Below are positions 12,330 through 25,262 of a stretch of DNA of 64,000 nt, one piece after another; position 1 is the stretch's first letter; the number at the start of each line of letters is the position of its first letter. The position numbers were made by a program, and so were the translations under genes. The stretch spans positions 102,798,001 to 102,862,000 of the forward strand of contig NC_086097.1 of assembly GCF_963921235.1 (NCBI RefSeq). The letters run 5' to 3'. Source of the stretch: Mobula hypostoma (Eukaryota). The notes beneath the pieces were generated by a model. It searched no databases, was not told the DNA's origin, and was given only the letters and a program-made list of their open reading frames with translations.

Positions 12330-13315
12330 AAAACAATTGAGGGGTATATAGAAGCCAGAAGAGAACTCAAGATGGGAATTAGGAAAGCCAACAAGGGCCA
12401 TGAAAAGTCCTTGACAAGTAGGATTAAGGTGAATTCCAAGCCATTCTATATCATATGTCGAGAGCAAGAGGATAACTAGGAAGAAGGTGGGACCACTCAA
12501 GGGTACAGGGGGAAACATTTGCTTGGATGCAGAGAATATGTGTGAGGTACTTAGTGAGTACTTCGCTTCAGTATTTAACAAGGAAAAGGACATGGGGACC
12601 AGGAGATCAGTGCTGAATGTATATGCGTTAGGGCATTTAGAGGTCAAGGAGGAGGAAGTGTTGGGTCTCTTAGTGAGTCCCCAGGTTATTGAGAGAGACA
12701 CAAGCAATGTCCCAGAGGACTGGCAAGTGACTGATGTTGTATGTCTACTTATGAAGGGAACAAGGAAAAGTCCTGGGAACTATAGGCCAGTGAGTCTCAT
12801 GTCAGTTGTAGGGAAATTGCTGGAGAAAATTCTTAAGGAATAGGATATATGAGCATCTGGAAACCCAGGCCTAATTAGGGAGAGCCAGCATGGCTTTGTA
12901 TGGGGCAGGCTGTGTCTTACCAACCTGATTGAGTTGTTTGACAAGATGATGAGAGAGATTGATGAGGGTAGGGCAGTGGATGTTGTCTACATGGATTTTG
13001 ACAAAGTCCCTCATGGGGGGCTGATCCAGAAGATTGAGGTGCATGGGGTCCGCCCTGAATTTGCTGTTCAGATTCAGAACTGACTTGCACAGACGGTGGT
13101 GGTTGAAGGGACTTGTTCAAACTTGAGGTCTGTATTAGTGGAGTTCCACAGGAATCCATGCTGGGACCTCTGCTGTTGGTGATGTATGAAAACATAGTGG
13201 AGGGGTGAGGTTAGTAAGTTTGTGGATGATAGGGCACATTGAAGGAGACAGTACACTGTTCCGGGCAAGGTCCTTAACAGTGTTGCTGAGCAAAGACATC
13301 TGAGGATCCAAGATC
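12330..13315 (+). mobile_element. Decayed CR1 ORF2 fragment
   Basis: ORF 12487..12843 (EVLSEYFASVF...PGNYRPVSLMSVVGKLLEKIL), followed by frameshifted RT motifs. Confidence 0.85.
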
Positions 13316-13499
13316 AAATGGAGGCTAGAATTGCAGGAAATGCTCTGCAGATCAGGCACCTTCAGTGGAAAGAGTAAGAAGTGAGATATTACAGGGATGG
13401 GTACACTACAGTAGAACTCACCAGTTCTGACACAAAGATTTTAACCCTATGAACCACAACAGCTATTTTAGCTATACACATACACATACTCTGCTTCTT

Positions 13500-14083
13500 G
13501 TATGGGCACTGTTCTTCCAGCCTCTTTGCTTCTGTTATATCTGCTTCCAGGAATTTCCATACGAGTGCCCCGTGACAGTTATAGTTGACAGAGACCTTGA
13601 ATACATTTCATTTATTTCTTACACTTATGGCCTCATGCTGTCTCCTTGAAAGAGAAAAGATCCCTCTTCCACCCTACGAACCTCTACTTTAGTGAATCAT
13701 TCTTAACAATTTATTTCCCCTTCATTGAGACTTCACCAGCTGTCAGATCTTTCCTTCCTCTCCTTTTTGGCATTCTGAAAGGTCTGTGTGACTATGTTAA
13801 GATCTTCAATCTCCACTAATCATTCCTCTACTGACTGCACTACACCAAGCAACCTATAGAAGTGCAACGCCTATACTTTCACTTTGTCCCTTCTCACTAT
13901 CCAGGAACCAAATCAAATCGTTCAGATTCACTTGCATTTACAACTTCCTGCACTACATTTAGTGTTTACATTGTTGTTTCCTCTATATTGGAGAAACAAA
14001 ATATAGATTGGATGAGTGCTTTTGGAGGGCATGTGCTCAGTGCACAGGTTCACCTGTGACCTTCCAGTCTGCTGTCACATTAA
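13500..14083 (+). mobile_element. Old Penelope-like GIY-YIG remnant
   Basis: ctctatattggagaaacaaaatatagattg at 13981 encodes LYIGETKYRL, colinear with the GIY-YIG ORF at 39544-39831. Confidence 0.6.
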
Positions 14084-15400
14084 TAGTTTGTAAAATGTGT
14101 GCAAGATAGTTTTTTGGAGCAATACATAGAGGTACCAACCAGAGAAGGGGCAGTGTTGGATCTCCTGTTAGGGAATGAGATAGGGCAGGTGATGGAGGAT
14201 TGTATTGGGGAGAACTTCGGGTCCAGTGATCACAATGCCATTAGTTTCAATATAATTATGGAGAAAGATAGAACTGGACCCAGGGTTGAGATTTTTGATC
14301 AGAGAAGGGCTAACTTTGAGGAGATGTGAAAGGATTTAGAAGGAATGGATTGGGACAGTTAGTTTTATGGGAAGGATGTAATAGAGAAATGGAGGTCATT
14401 TAAAGGTGAAATTTTGAGGGTACAGAATCTTTATGTTCCTGTTAGGTTGAAAGGAAAGGTTAAAAGTTTGAGAGAGCCATGGTTTTCAAGGGATATTGGA
14501 AACTTGGTTCGGAAAAAGAGAGAAATCTACAATAAATATAGGCAGCTTGGAGTAAATGAGGTGCTCAAGGAATATAAAGAATGTAAAAAGAATCTTAAGA
14601 AAGAAATTAGAAAAGTTAAAAGAAGATATGAGGTTGCTTTGCCAAGTAAGGTGAAAATAAATCCAAAGGGTTTCTACAGTTATATTAATAGCAAAAGGAT
14701 AGTGAGGGATAAAATTGGTCCCTTAGAGAATCAGCGTGGATGGCTATGTGCAGAGCCAAAAGAGATGGGGGAGATTTTGAACAATTTCTTTTCCTCAGTA
14801 TTCACTAAGGAGAAGGATATTGAATTGTGTAAGGTAAGGGAAACAAGTAGGGTAGTTATGAAAACTATGACGATTAAAGAAGAGGAAGTACTGGTGCTTT
14901 TAAGGAATATAAAAGTGGATAAGTCTCCGGGTCCTAACAGGATATTCCCTAGGACCTTGAGGGAAGTTAGTGTGGAAATAGCAGGGGCCCTGACAGAAAT
15001 ATTTCAAATGTCATTAGAAATGGGAATGGTGCCAGAGGATTGGCATATTGCCTATGTTGTTCCATTGTTTAAAAAGGGTTCTAAGAGTAAACCTGGCAAT
15101 TATTGGCCTGTGAGTTTGACGTCAGTGGGTAAATTGATGGAAAATATTCTTAGAGATGGTATATATAACTATCTGGATAGACAAGGTCTGATTAGGAACA
15201 GTCAACATGGATTTGTGCGTGGAAGGTCATGTTTGACAAATCTTATTGAATTTTTTGAAGAGGTTACTAGGAAAGTTGACGAGGGTAAAGCGGTGGATGT
15301 TGTCTATATGGACTTCAGTAAGGCCTCTGACAAGGTTCCACACGGAAGGTTAGTTAGGAAGGTTCAATCGTTAGGTATTATTGAAGTAGTAAAATGGATT

Positions 15401-16717
15401 TGGATAGACAGGGACTTATTAGGGAGAGTCAACATGGCTTTGTGCATGGCAGGTCATGTTTGACCAGTCTATTGGAGTTTTTCGAGGAGGTTACCAGGAA
15501 AATGGATGAAGGGAAGGCAGTGGATATTGTCTACATGGACTTCAGTAAGGCCTTTGACAAGGTCCCGCGTGGGAGGTTAGTTAGGAAAATTCAGTTGCTA
15601 GGTATACATGGAGAGGTGGTAAATTGGATCAGACATTGGCTCAATGGAAGAAGCCAAAGAGTGGTAGTAGAGAATTGCTTCTCCGAGTGGAGGCCTGTGA
15701 CTAGTGGTGTGCCACAGGGATCAGTGCTGGGTCCATTGTTATTTGTCATCTATATCAATGATCTGGATGATAATGTGCTAAATTGGATCAGCAAATTTGC
15801 TGATGATACAAAGATTGGAGGTGTAGTAGACAGCGAGGAAGGTTTTCCGAGCCTGCAGAGGGACTTGGACCAGCTGGAAAAATGGGCTGAAAAATGGCAG
15901 ATGGAGTTTAATGCAGACAAGTGTGAGGTATTGCACGTTGGAAGGACAAACCAGGGTAGAACATACAGGGTTAATGGTAAAGCACTGAGGAGTGCAGTGG
16001 AACAGAGGGATCTGGGAATACAAATACAAAATTCCCTAAAAGTGTCATCACAGGTAGATAGGGACATAAAGAGAGCTTTTGGTACATTGGCCTTTATTAA
16101 TCGAAGTATTGAGTATAAGAGCTGGAATGTTATGATGAGGTTGTATAAGGCATTGGTGAGGCCGAATCTGGAGTATCGTGTTCAGTTTTGGTCACCAAAT
16201 TACAGGAAGGATATAAATAAGGTTGAAAGAGTACAGAGAAGGTTTACAAGTTTGTTGCCGGGACTTGAGAAACTCAGTTACAGAGAAAGGTTGAATAGTT
16301 TAGGACTTTATTCCCTGGAGCGTAGAAGAATGAGAGGAGATTTGATAGAGGTATATAAAATTATGATGGGTATAGACACAGTGAATGCAAGCAGGCTTTT
16401 TCCACTGACGCAAGGGGAGAAAAAAACCAGAGGACATGGGTTAAGGGTGAGGGGGGAAAAGTTTAAAGGGAACATTAATGGGGGGCTTCTTCACACAGAG
16501 AGTGGTGGGAGTGTGGAATGAGCTGCCAGACGAGGTGGTAAATGCGGGTTCTTTTTTAACATTTAAGAATAAATTGTACAGATACATGGATGGGAGGTGT
16601 ATGGAGGGATATGATCCGTGTGCAGGTCAGTGGGACTAGGCAGAAAATGGTTCGGCACAGCCAAGAAGGGCCAAAAGGCCTGTTTCTGTGCTGTAGTTTC
16701 TATGGTTCTATGGTTCT
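15401..16717 (+). mobile_element. Nested 5'-truncated CR1 of a different subfamily
   Basis: TSD ATGGATT at 15394-15400 and 16718-16724; RT ORF 15394..16521; (tctatggt)n tail. The host frame VVKWI|QQWLDG resumes after it. Confidence 0.92.
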
Positions 16718-17675
16718 ATGGATTCAGCAGTGGCTGGATGGGAGACGCCAGAGAGTAGTGGTGGATAACTGTTTGTCAGGTTGGAGGCTGGTGTCTAGTG
16801 GTGTGCCTCAGGGATCTGTACTGAGTCCAATGTTGTTTGTCATATATATTAATGATCTGGATGATGGGGTGGTAAATTGGATTAGTAAATATGCAGATGA
16901 TACTAAGATAGGTGGAGTTGTGGATAATGAAGTAGGTTTTCAAAACTTGCAGAAAGATTTAGGTCAGTTAGAAGAGTGGGCTGAAAGATGGCAGATGGAG
17001 TTTAATGCAGATAAATGTGAGGTGCTACATTTTGGTAGGACTAATCAAAATAGGACATACATGGTAAATGGTAGGGCATTGAAGAATGCAGTAGAACAGA
17101 GGGATCTAGGAATAATGGTGCATAGTTCCCTGAAGGTGGAATCTTATGTGGATAGGGTGGTGAAGAAAGCTTTTGGTTTGCTGGCCTTTATAAATCAGAG
17201 CATTGACTATAGGAGTTGGGATGTAATGTTGAAATTGTACAAGGCATTGGTAAGGCCAAATTTGGAGTATTGTGTACAGTTCTGGTCACCAAATTATAGG
17301 AAAGATGTCAACAAAATTGAGAGAGTACAGAGAAGATTTACTAGCATGTTACCTGGGTTTCATCTCTTAAGTTACAGAGAAAGGTGGAATAAGTTGGGTC
17401 TTTATTCTTTGCAGCGTAGAAGGTTGAGGGGAGACATAATAGAGGTATTTAAAATTATGAGCGAGATAGATAGAGTTGATGTGGAAAGGCTTTTTCCAAT
17501 GAGAGTGGGGGAGATTCGAACAAGAGGACATGAGTTGAGAGTTCAAGGGCAAAAGTTTAGGGATAACATGAGGGGGAACTTCTTTACCCAGAGAGTGGGA
17601 TCTGTGTGGAACGAACTTCCAGCAGAAGTGGTTGAGGCAGGTTTGATGTTGTCATTTAAAGTTAAATTGGACAGC

Positions 17676-18275
17676 CCATCCCCCACATGAGCCATCTGTT
17701 GTCGGCCCCCAACCAACATATATTCCACTCTCCCCTCCTACCCCTCCTCACAGTCCCCCACCCTGCTCTCATGACTATACCCTTTCTCCACACGAAACCA
17801 CCATGGTGGGCTTCACAGCTGAACTGGTGAGAAGACAGCTGAAACGTCTCAACCCAAGCAAGTCTGCAGGACCGGATGGTGTCAGTACCAGGGTGCTCAA
17901 AGCCTGTGCCCCTCAGCTACGTGGAGTACTTCGCCATGTATTCAACCTGAGCCTGTGACAATGTCTCCCATCCACTACATAATGTACTGGGTGGGCACAG
18001 GAGTACATTCAGCCAGAGACCCATTCCACGGAGATGCAACACAGAGCGTCATAGGAAGTCATTCCTGCCTGTGGCCATCAAACTTTACAACTCCTCTATT
18101 GGAGGGTCAGACACCCTGAGCCAATAGGCTGGTCCTGGACTTATTTCCTGACATAATACATATTACTATTTAACTATTTATGGTTTTATTACTACTTAAT
18201 TATTTATGGTGCAACTGTAACAAAAACCAATTTCCCCCAGGATCAATAAAGTATGACTATAACTATGTCTATGAC
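17676..18275 (+). mobile_element. Nested, internally deleted Rex1/Babar-type LINE fragment
   Basis: Encodes VRRQLKRLNPSKSAGPDGVSTRVLKACAPQL..VLRHVFNLSL, then jumps to a 3' end with AATAAA and a (gactat)n tail. It interrupts the host at ggacagc|tatatggac. Confidence 0.75.
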
Positions 18276-18558
18276 TATATGGACAGGAAAGGAATGGTGG
18301 GTTATGGGCTGAGTGCAGGTCGGTGGGACTAGTTGAGAGTAAGAGTTTGGCATGGACTAGAAGGGCTGAGATGGCCTGTTTCCGTGCTGTAATTGTTATA
18401 TGGTTATATGGTTACTCAGTGCCATTCCTATTCTGTTTATAGCCTCTTGTTTGATTCCAATGAGACCCAATATAAGCATAAACCACACTCTATCTTCTAT
18501 TTCTGCACATAGCAGTTTTCCAGTTTGAGTTCGACAATTTGAGATAACTCACTTTCTA

Positions 18559-18717
18559 CATTCAGTGGCCATTTTATTAGGTGCACCTGTACACTTCTTG
18601 TTAATGCAAAGCAGCCTATTCTGTGGCAGCAACTCAATACATAAAAGCATGCAGACTTGGTCAAGAGGTTCAGTTGTTGTTCAGACCGAACATCAGAATG
18701 GGGAAGAATTGTGATGT
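18559..18717 (+). mobile_element. Tc1/mariner-like terminal fragment
   Basis: TA followed by cattcagtggccattttattaggtgcacctgt, resembling Tc1-like TIR ends, then the start of a transposase-like region (atggggaagaattgtgat). No second TIR seen. Confidence 0.55.
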
Positions 18718-18734
18718 AAAGAAATGTGAGAAAG

Positions 18735-21494
18735 AAATATGGCATAGAGTCAAGAAGATTAGAGAGTTAAGTGCGTGACTCAAGGATTGGTGTGGGAGAA
18801 GTGGACTTAATTTATGGGAAATTGGTACCAGTATTGTGCCAATGGGACGGGCTCTGCCTGAACTGTGATGGGATCTGGCTCCTAGTGAATCACATAACTA
18901 GGCTGTGGATAAGCCTTTAAACTAAATTGTAGGGAGGTGGGTTCGACAGATTGGAGAAGTATGGATAAAGTCAAAAAAGAAAAGTGTAGATAATGATAAA
19001 GTAAAAGCTAAAGGTAAAACAGAAAAATAAGAGTGGAATAAAGAAAAGTCAAGTGCAAAAGAGAAAAGATTTCAGGATTCTAAAAGCACAGTGAGTGTAC
19101 GGGCACTTTATCTGAATGCCCATATATATTCAAAAGATGGTCAGTGAACTTGTGACACAAATCAGTACAAAAGGGTATGATTTAGTGGCCATTACAGAGA
19201 TGTGGTTGCAGGGTGGAGAGGATTGGGAATATCCAAGGATATCAGGTAATATGGAAGGATAGGCAGGGAGGTAAGGGAGGTGGGTAGCACTCTTAACTAA
19301 AGATGAGATCAGGGCGATAGTGAGAGACGACGTAAGATCTAAGGAGCAGAATGTTGAATCCATCTGGGTAGAGATTAGGAATAGTAAAGGGAAAAAATCA
19401 CTGGTAGGAGTTTTCTATCGGCCACTGAATAATAACATTACAGTGGCACGGGCAATAAACAGAGAAATATCTGAGGCATGTAAGAATGGAACAGCAGTTA
19501 TCATGGCGACTTTAACTTGCACATAGATTGGGTGAATCGAGTTGCTTAGGTAGTCTTGAGGAGGGCTTCATAGAATGCATCCTGATGGCTTTCTTGAACA
19601 GCATGTTACTAAACCTACAAGGGAACGTGCTAGCTTAGATCTGGTCCTGTGCAATGAGACAGGTAAAATTAGTGATCTTGTAGTTAAGGATGCTCCTCGA
19701 AAGAGTGATCACAGTTTGATCGAGTTTCTCATACAAATGGAGGGTGCAATAGTTCAATCAAAAACCAGTGCATTATGCCTAAAACAATGGAGACTACAAT
19801 GGGATGAGGGAGGATTTGGCTAGTGTAGACTGGTGAATGTCACACGACTGTTCCAAAAAGGATATAGGCAAAAGGCAGGTAACTACAGGCCACACACATC
19901 AAAGTTGCTGGTGAACGCAGCAGGCCAGGCAGCATCTTTAGGAAGAGGTACAGTTGACGTTTCAGGCCGAGACCCTTTGTCGACTGTACCTCTTCCTAGA
20001 GATGCTGCCTGGCCTGCTGCGTTCACCAGCAACTTTGATGTGTGTTGCTTGGATTTCCAGCATCTGCAGAATTCCTGTTGTTTGCATTTTTAAAATTAAC
20101 TACAGGCCAGTTAGTTTAACATCTCTAGTTGGGAAAATGCTTGAAGCTGTCATTAAAGAAGAAATAGCGAGGCATCTGGCAAGAAATAGATCCATCAGGC
20201 AGACACAGCATGGATTCAGCAAAGGCAGCTCCTGTTTGACAAACTTACTAGAGTTCTTTGAGAATACAATGACTGCAGTGGAAAGAGGGGAACAGATGGA
20301 TGTTATTTACTTGGAATTCCAGAAGGCATTTGATAAGGTGCTGCATAAAAGACTTATCCATAAGATAAGGATGCGTAGAGTTGGGGGTGATGTATTAGCA
20401 TGGATAGAGGATTGGTTAACTAATAGAAAGCAGAGAGTTGGGATACATGGGTGTTTCTCTGGTTGGCAATCAGTGGTGAATGGTGTGCTGCAGGGGTCAG
20501 TGCTGGGCCCGCAACTGTTCACGATATACATTAACGATCTGGAAGAGAGGACCGAGTGTAATGTATCTAATTTTGCTGATGATGCTAAATTGAGTGGAAA
20601 AGCAAGTTGCACAGAAGATACGGAGAGTCTGCAGAGAGCTATAGATAGGTTAAGTGAATGGGTAAGGGTCTGGCAGATGGAATACAATGTTGGTAAATGC
20701 AAGGTCATCACTTTGGAAGGAAAAATGGAAGAGCAGATTATTATTTAAATAGTAAAAATTTGCAGCATGCTGCTGTGCAGAGGGATTTGGGAGTGCTTAT
20801 GCATGAACCACAAAACGTTAGTTTGCAGGTGTATCAGGCTATCAGGAAGGCAAATGGAAGTTTGGCCTTCTTTGCCAGAGGGATTGAATTTAAGAGCAGG
20901 GAGGTTATGCTGCAACTGTACAGGGTACTGGTGTGGCCGTACCTGGAGTACTAAGTGCAGTTCTGGTCTCCTTACTTGAGGAAGGATATACTGGCTTTGG
21001 AGGCAGTGCAGAGGAGGTTCACCAGGTTGATTCCAGAGATGAGGAGGTTAGACTGTGAGGAGAGATTGAGTCGCCTGGGACTGTATTCACTGGAATTCAG
21101 AAGAATGAGAGGAGATCTTACAGAAACATATAAAATAATAAAAGGGATAGATAAGATAGAGGCAGGAAAGTTGTTTCCACTGATAGGTGAGACTAGAACT
21201 AGGGGACATAGCCTCAAGATTTGGGGAGTGGATTTACGATGGTGGAACTGCTTCTCGCAGGGGATGGTAAATCTGTGGAATTCTCCGCCCAATGAAGCAG
21301 TAGAGGCTACCTCAGTAAATATATTTAAGACAAGGTTGGATAGATTTTTGCATAGTAGAGGAATTGAGGGTTATGGGGAAAAGGCGGGTCACTGCAGATG
21401 AATCCATGGCCAGATCAGCCATAATCTTATTGAATGGTGGAGCAGGCTCATTCGTTAGTTGGCCTATTCCTGTTCCTATCTCTTATATTCTTAT
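18735..21494 (+). mobile_element. CR1 LINE (ORF1 end, EN, internal deletion, RT, 3'UTR); sister of 37632-45050
   Basis: ORFs 19320, 19575, 19954, 20697 and 20955. The tether region is deleted at ~19833 and there is an in-frame TAA at 20952-20954. Confidence 0.9.
19893..20096. mobile_element. Palindromic mini Penelope-like element nested in CR1, 13-bp TSD
   Basis: TSD TAACTACAGGCCA at 19880-19892 and 20097-20109; near-perfect inverted arms ~19892-19958 and ~19979-20045. Confidence 0.9.
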
Positions 21495-22190
21495 GAAAGT
21501 GGCTACACATGTCAATGATGAGGTTAAGAAGGCTTATGGGATGTCTGCTTTTATTAGTTGAGGCATTGAGTTCAAAAGTCAGGAGTTGCAACTTTATAAA
21601 ACTCTGGTTAAGGCACATCTAGAGTATTGCATACAGTTCTGGTTGCCTCACTATTGAAAGGATAGTTTCAATAGGATAGGTTGCCTCACTATTGAAGAGG
21701 TTTACTAGGATGATTCCTTGTCTGAAGAGCATGTGCTGTCACGAGAGGCTGGAAAAACTTGGGCTGTTTTCTCTGGAGTGCTGGAGGCTGAGGGGAGATC
21801 TGGTAAAGGTTTATAGGAATATGAGAGGCATCGATGGATCAGACGGGGAGTATTTTTCCCAGAGTATAACTACCTAATATCAAAGACATGCATTGAAGGT
21901 GAACGGAGCTAGGTTCAAAGGGGATGTGAGGGGTAAGTTTTTTGCTCACGGAGTGGTTGATGCCTGGAATGCACTGCTGGTGTGCAGGTAGAGGCAAATA
22001 TATTAGAGGCTTTGAAGAGATGTTTGGATAGGCACATGGATGTGGGGAACGTGGAGGGATATGGACATAGTGTGGGTAGGAGGGATTAATATTTGGATGT
22101 TTTTGATTTGGTTTTTAGCTGGGTCAGCACAACATTGTGGGCCAAATGGCCTGTTCCTGTACTGTACTGTTCTACATTTGATGTTCGATG
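21495..22190 (+). mobile_element. Decayed CR1 3' fragment
   Basis: VKKAYGMSAFIS, then RFTRMIP...LGLFSLE..RLRGDL (ORFs 21364 and 21692) and a 3'UTR tail. Confidence 0.8.
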
Positions 22191-22418
22191 TTCCCACAAC
22201 CTATGGGATCCCCTTCAAGGACTCTTCATCTCATGTTCTCGATGTTCACGGATAGAAATCGAGATCCGATTTCTAAATAGATATTGAATCTTTGGACACT
22301 ACCTCACTTTTTTTAATATGCAGTATTTCTGTTTTTGCACCTTTTTAAAAATCTATTCAATATATATAATTGATTTACTTGTTTATTTATTATTTTTTAA
22401 ATTTTATTTATTATTATT

Positions 22419-22598
22419 TGTACCGTATAGCCTACTGTATATTATGGGACTACTTTATGTTGTAGTAACACGTCATTTCATGATCTGTACGTGTGTGTTC
22501 AGTTCGGTTTCAGTCAGTAAAGAACCCTGTTAACTTAGCTCCCATCTCCAGCGTTGTTATTTATAGCTTTGTTGTGTGACCCGGCCACATACACAACA
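22419..22598 (+). repeat. 5' LTR (180 bp)
   Basis: tgtaccgtatag...cacatacacaaca; direct repeat of 28499-28697. Confidence 0.95.
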
Positions 22599-22601
22599 AA
22601 T

Positions 22602-22612
22602 TGGCGATGAGG
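22602..22612 (+). promoter_or_regulatory. Primer binding site, probably tRNA-Ser(GCU)
   Basis: TGGCGATGAGG, 3 nt after the LTR. It is one CpG-type change from TGGCGACGAGG, the complement of the ...CCUCGUCG-CCA end of tRNA-Ser(GCU). Confidence 0.75.
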
Positions 22613-23092
22613 TTAATGAACCTACATCGTATCGGAACGCCGTGTTTTAATTGATAACGACACTCGGAAGAAGAGCGCAAGGTACGAGCCAAGGCAGAGC
22701 GAAGCCACGAGTCCGAAAGGAAACAGAAGCACAGCCGCAGGTCGGGAACATCGAGAGACCAAGCGACACAGTCGGAGCCACAGCATATCCAGCCGACACC
22801 ACAGCCGGTGCTGACCCCAGGGGCTGAGGGTCTGCCTGCCCCAGAAAGGAGATAAAAAGAAGCGACACACATATCTAGATGGAGTGCACTCGTGGTGCTA
22901 GCAAAAAGGACACGTGAGTCAAAAAAGAAAATAAGGGGCGAGCGGGGCTTAATTAACATAACAAAGATGGCAGTGATTGGAACCATTACAGCATTTGATA
23001 GTGGCATTGAAGACTGGGCAACTTATATTGAAAGAGTGGAGTTATATTGTGAGGCTAATAGTGTTAATGATGAAAAGAAAGCCAGCATCTTA

Positions 23093-24471
23093 GGCTACGT
23101 CCACACTAGACCGGATAAATCCGTAACCAAAGCTTTTTCTCTTCGCTTTGATCCTCCATCCACACTGAAACGGCGTTTTCCTCCCCCCGAAAACGGAGCT
23201 TTTCTAAAATGCCGTCCAGAGTGTGTAAATTTGAAAATGCCGATTCTGCAGAGCAGCGTGGACGGGGTAACCAGAGATTTATAAAAACGCTGTCATGACG
23301 TGCTGGAACAGACAGCGGCAGTGCGGCATTTCCTGGTTTTCTTGAACGCGACTCCCCACACAACCTAACAATTTCAGAACAGACGGCAACAAGACTGAAG
23401 CCAGAAGAGTTAGAAATGTACTCACCAAATACTTTGACCCATAGCTTACTGAAGAAATAAGTATACTCACTTTGCCCTGTTTTCTGTCCTTGCTCGTATG
23501 AAGGTGGTTTCCCTATTTACACAAGCACTTCTCTGACAATAGATGTGTAATAGCCTAATGTAACATTGTATGAAAATACAAGATAACACTGATGCAGTCA
23601 TGTTTTATACATTTAACAAGGTGCTTTATTAACAAGGGCGGGGTTGAAGTGCTCGGCAGAGGATGGTGCTCGGAGAGGCGGTGTCAGAAGCTCGAAGTTT
23701 TCGGACGGACTCAGAGTCCGCTGTGGTCGGGTGCTTCCAATGGTGCTGCATCAACAAGTTTGCAGCGCTTGGAGGTTCATGGCAGGGAGAGTTTCTCCCT
23801 TCTGCCGCCTGCGTGAGTTGATGAGTCTATCGGAACTTTGAGACTTTTTTTTACCGTGTCCATGGTTTGCTCTTTATCAAATTATGGTATTGTTTTGCAC
23901 TGTTGTAACTACATGTTATAATTATGTGGTTTTGTCAGTTTTAGTCTTGGTTTGTCCTGTGTTTTTCTTGTGATATCATTCTGGAGGAACATTATATCAT
24001 TTTTTAATGCATGCATTTCTAAATGACAATAAATGAGGACTGAGTGTCCTCATAATCTAACCTAATCTATTAATGCAACAGAGTTAGTCAGTTTTTCAAT
24101 ACTCATCATCAGCCATGTCATACTGTCCATGAACTCCCTATTGGTTGCCTCCATATGCTCCAGTATTTGTTTTTTTTTAGTTTTAAGTCCTCCTGTGCGA
24201 GAGCCAACAGCTGTCCCTCATTTGGCAATTTCCTTCTAAATTTTTCTAGTCTGTAACTGCACAAACACGCACTCTCACAGTGAGATTCAACACCAAACAT
24301 GTTGCTTGTTTTCTGTAGATGTGTCCTGCACATGCCCAGTAGGAGGAGATTCGCCCAATTACCCGTTTTAATGTGGATGGAGGTATTTTCAAAAACACCT
24401 GGTGTGGACACCTATTGTTTTTACATGAAACCGGCATTTTCAAAATTATCCAGTCTAGTGTGGACATAGCC
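23093..24471. mobile_element. Non-autonomous PIF/Harbinger-type DNA transposon
   Basis: TIRs GGCTACGTCCACACTAGACCGGATAA and TTATCCAGTCTAGTGTGGACATAGCC (2 mismatches in 26). 3-bp TSD TTA at 23090-23092 and 24472-24474. No transposase ORF recognised. Confidence 0.88.
23633..24067 (+). mobile_element. SINE-like / LINE-3'UTR retroposon nested in the Harbinger element
   Basis: Flanked by TATTAA at 23627-23632 and 24068-24073. GC-rich head, then AATAAA and a (taatc)n tail. Confidence 0.65.
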
Positions 24472-25262
24472 TTACTCAGTATTATGGGAGCAAAAACATA
24501 CGGGCTGCTACGGAGCTTGTTAACCCCTGAAAAGTCAGCTGACAAAACGTTCAAGCAAATAGTAGACACCCTCCAACAGCATTTAAACCCCAAACCACTG
24601 GTCATTGCTGAAAGGTTTAAATTCCATAAACGGAATCAGAGCAAAAATGAAAGCATTTCTGAATATTGTGCTGAATTGTGCAAATTATCAGAACGTTGTC
24701 AATTTGGACCTGGTCTATCAGATGCATTGAGGGCCAGGTTAGTGTGTGGCATGCACTGTCAAACCACATAGAAGAAGCTCCTGTGTGAAAAAGACCTTAC
24801 ATTCAAGAAAGTGCTAAACATCTCAATACCAACGGAAACAGTGGCACGGGGTGCTTCCGAGATACAACAAAAATGTCTGGAATATGCCACAAATAAAATG
24901 TCACTGAACAGAAATGAAGGAAGAAATTTTACTGTTGTGGGAACAGGTCACATGACCCTGATGATTGTTGGTTTAAAGATAAAGAATGCAGAAACTGTGG
25001 CAAACAGGGCCACATTGGCAGAGTATCCAATGTGGCCCTGTTTGCCACAGTTTCTGCATTCCGCTGTAAACAGCGGAAAAAGGGCAAAATACAGAGAAAC
25101 AAGAAACCCCAGAAAGGAAAATACAACAACATACACAAAATGAAAGAAAGCATTTCTGATGAAAACGACTAAGACAAAAGTGAATTGTCTTGTCTGCAAC
25201 TTCACAGTGTGAAAGAGACAGATGACCGAAGAGTAATATGGATCACTCCATAAGCGGCAGGT

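Larger units (their letters stand above)
14086..18415 (+). mobile_element. CR1 LINE (subfamily with (tatggtta)n tail), split by two nested inserts
   Basis: ORFs 14099, 14414 and 16590 give EN end, tether and RT. Colinear and highly similar to 48550-51115; ends gttatatggttatatggtta. Confidence 0.93.
22967..25250 (+). pseudogene. Gypsy gag, interrupted by the Harbinger insert
   Basis: MAVIGTITAFDSGIEDWATYIERVELYCEAN...KKASIL|LSIMGAKTYGLLRSL...PKPLVIAERFKFHKRNQ: the frame is restored when 23093-24474 is removed. Zinc-knuckle remnants at ~24925-25070. Confidence 0.9.

Noticed and set aside
16590..17690. Long ORFs with novel-looking termini (14414, 16590, 19954, 22892, 24373, 40070, 42924, 48969)
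   Set aside because: Chance read-through across nested-insertion junctions; no evidence of a domesticated fusion gene.
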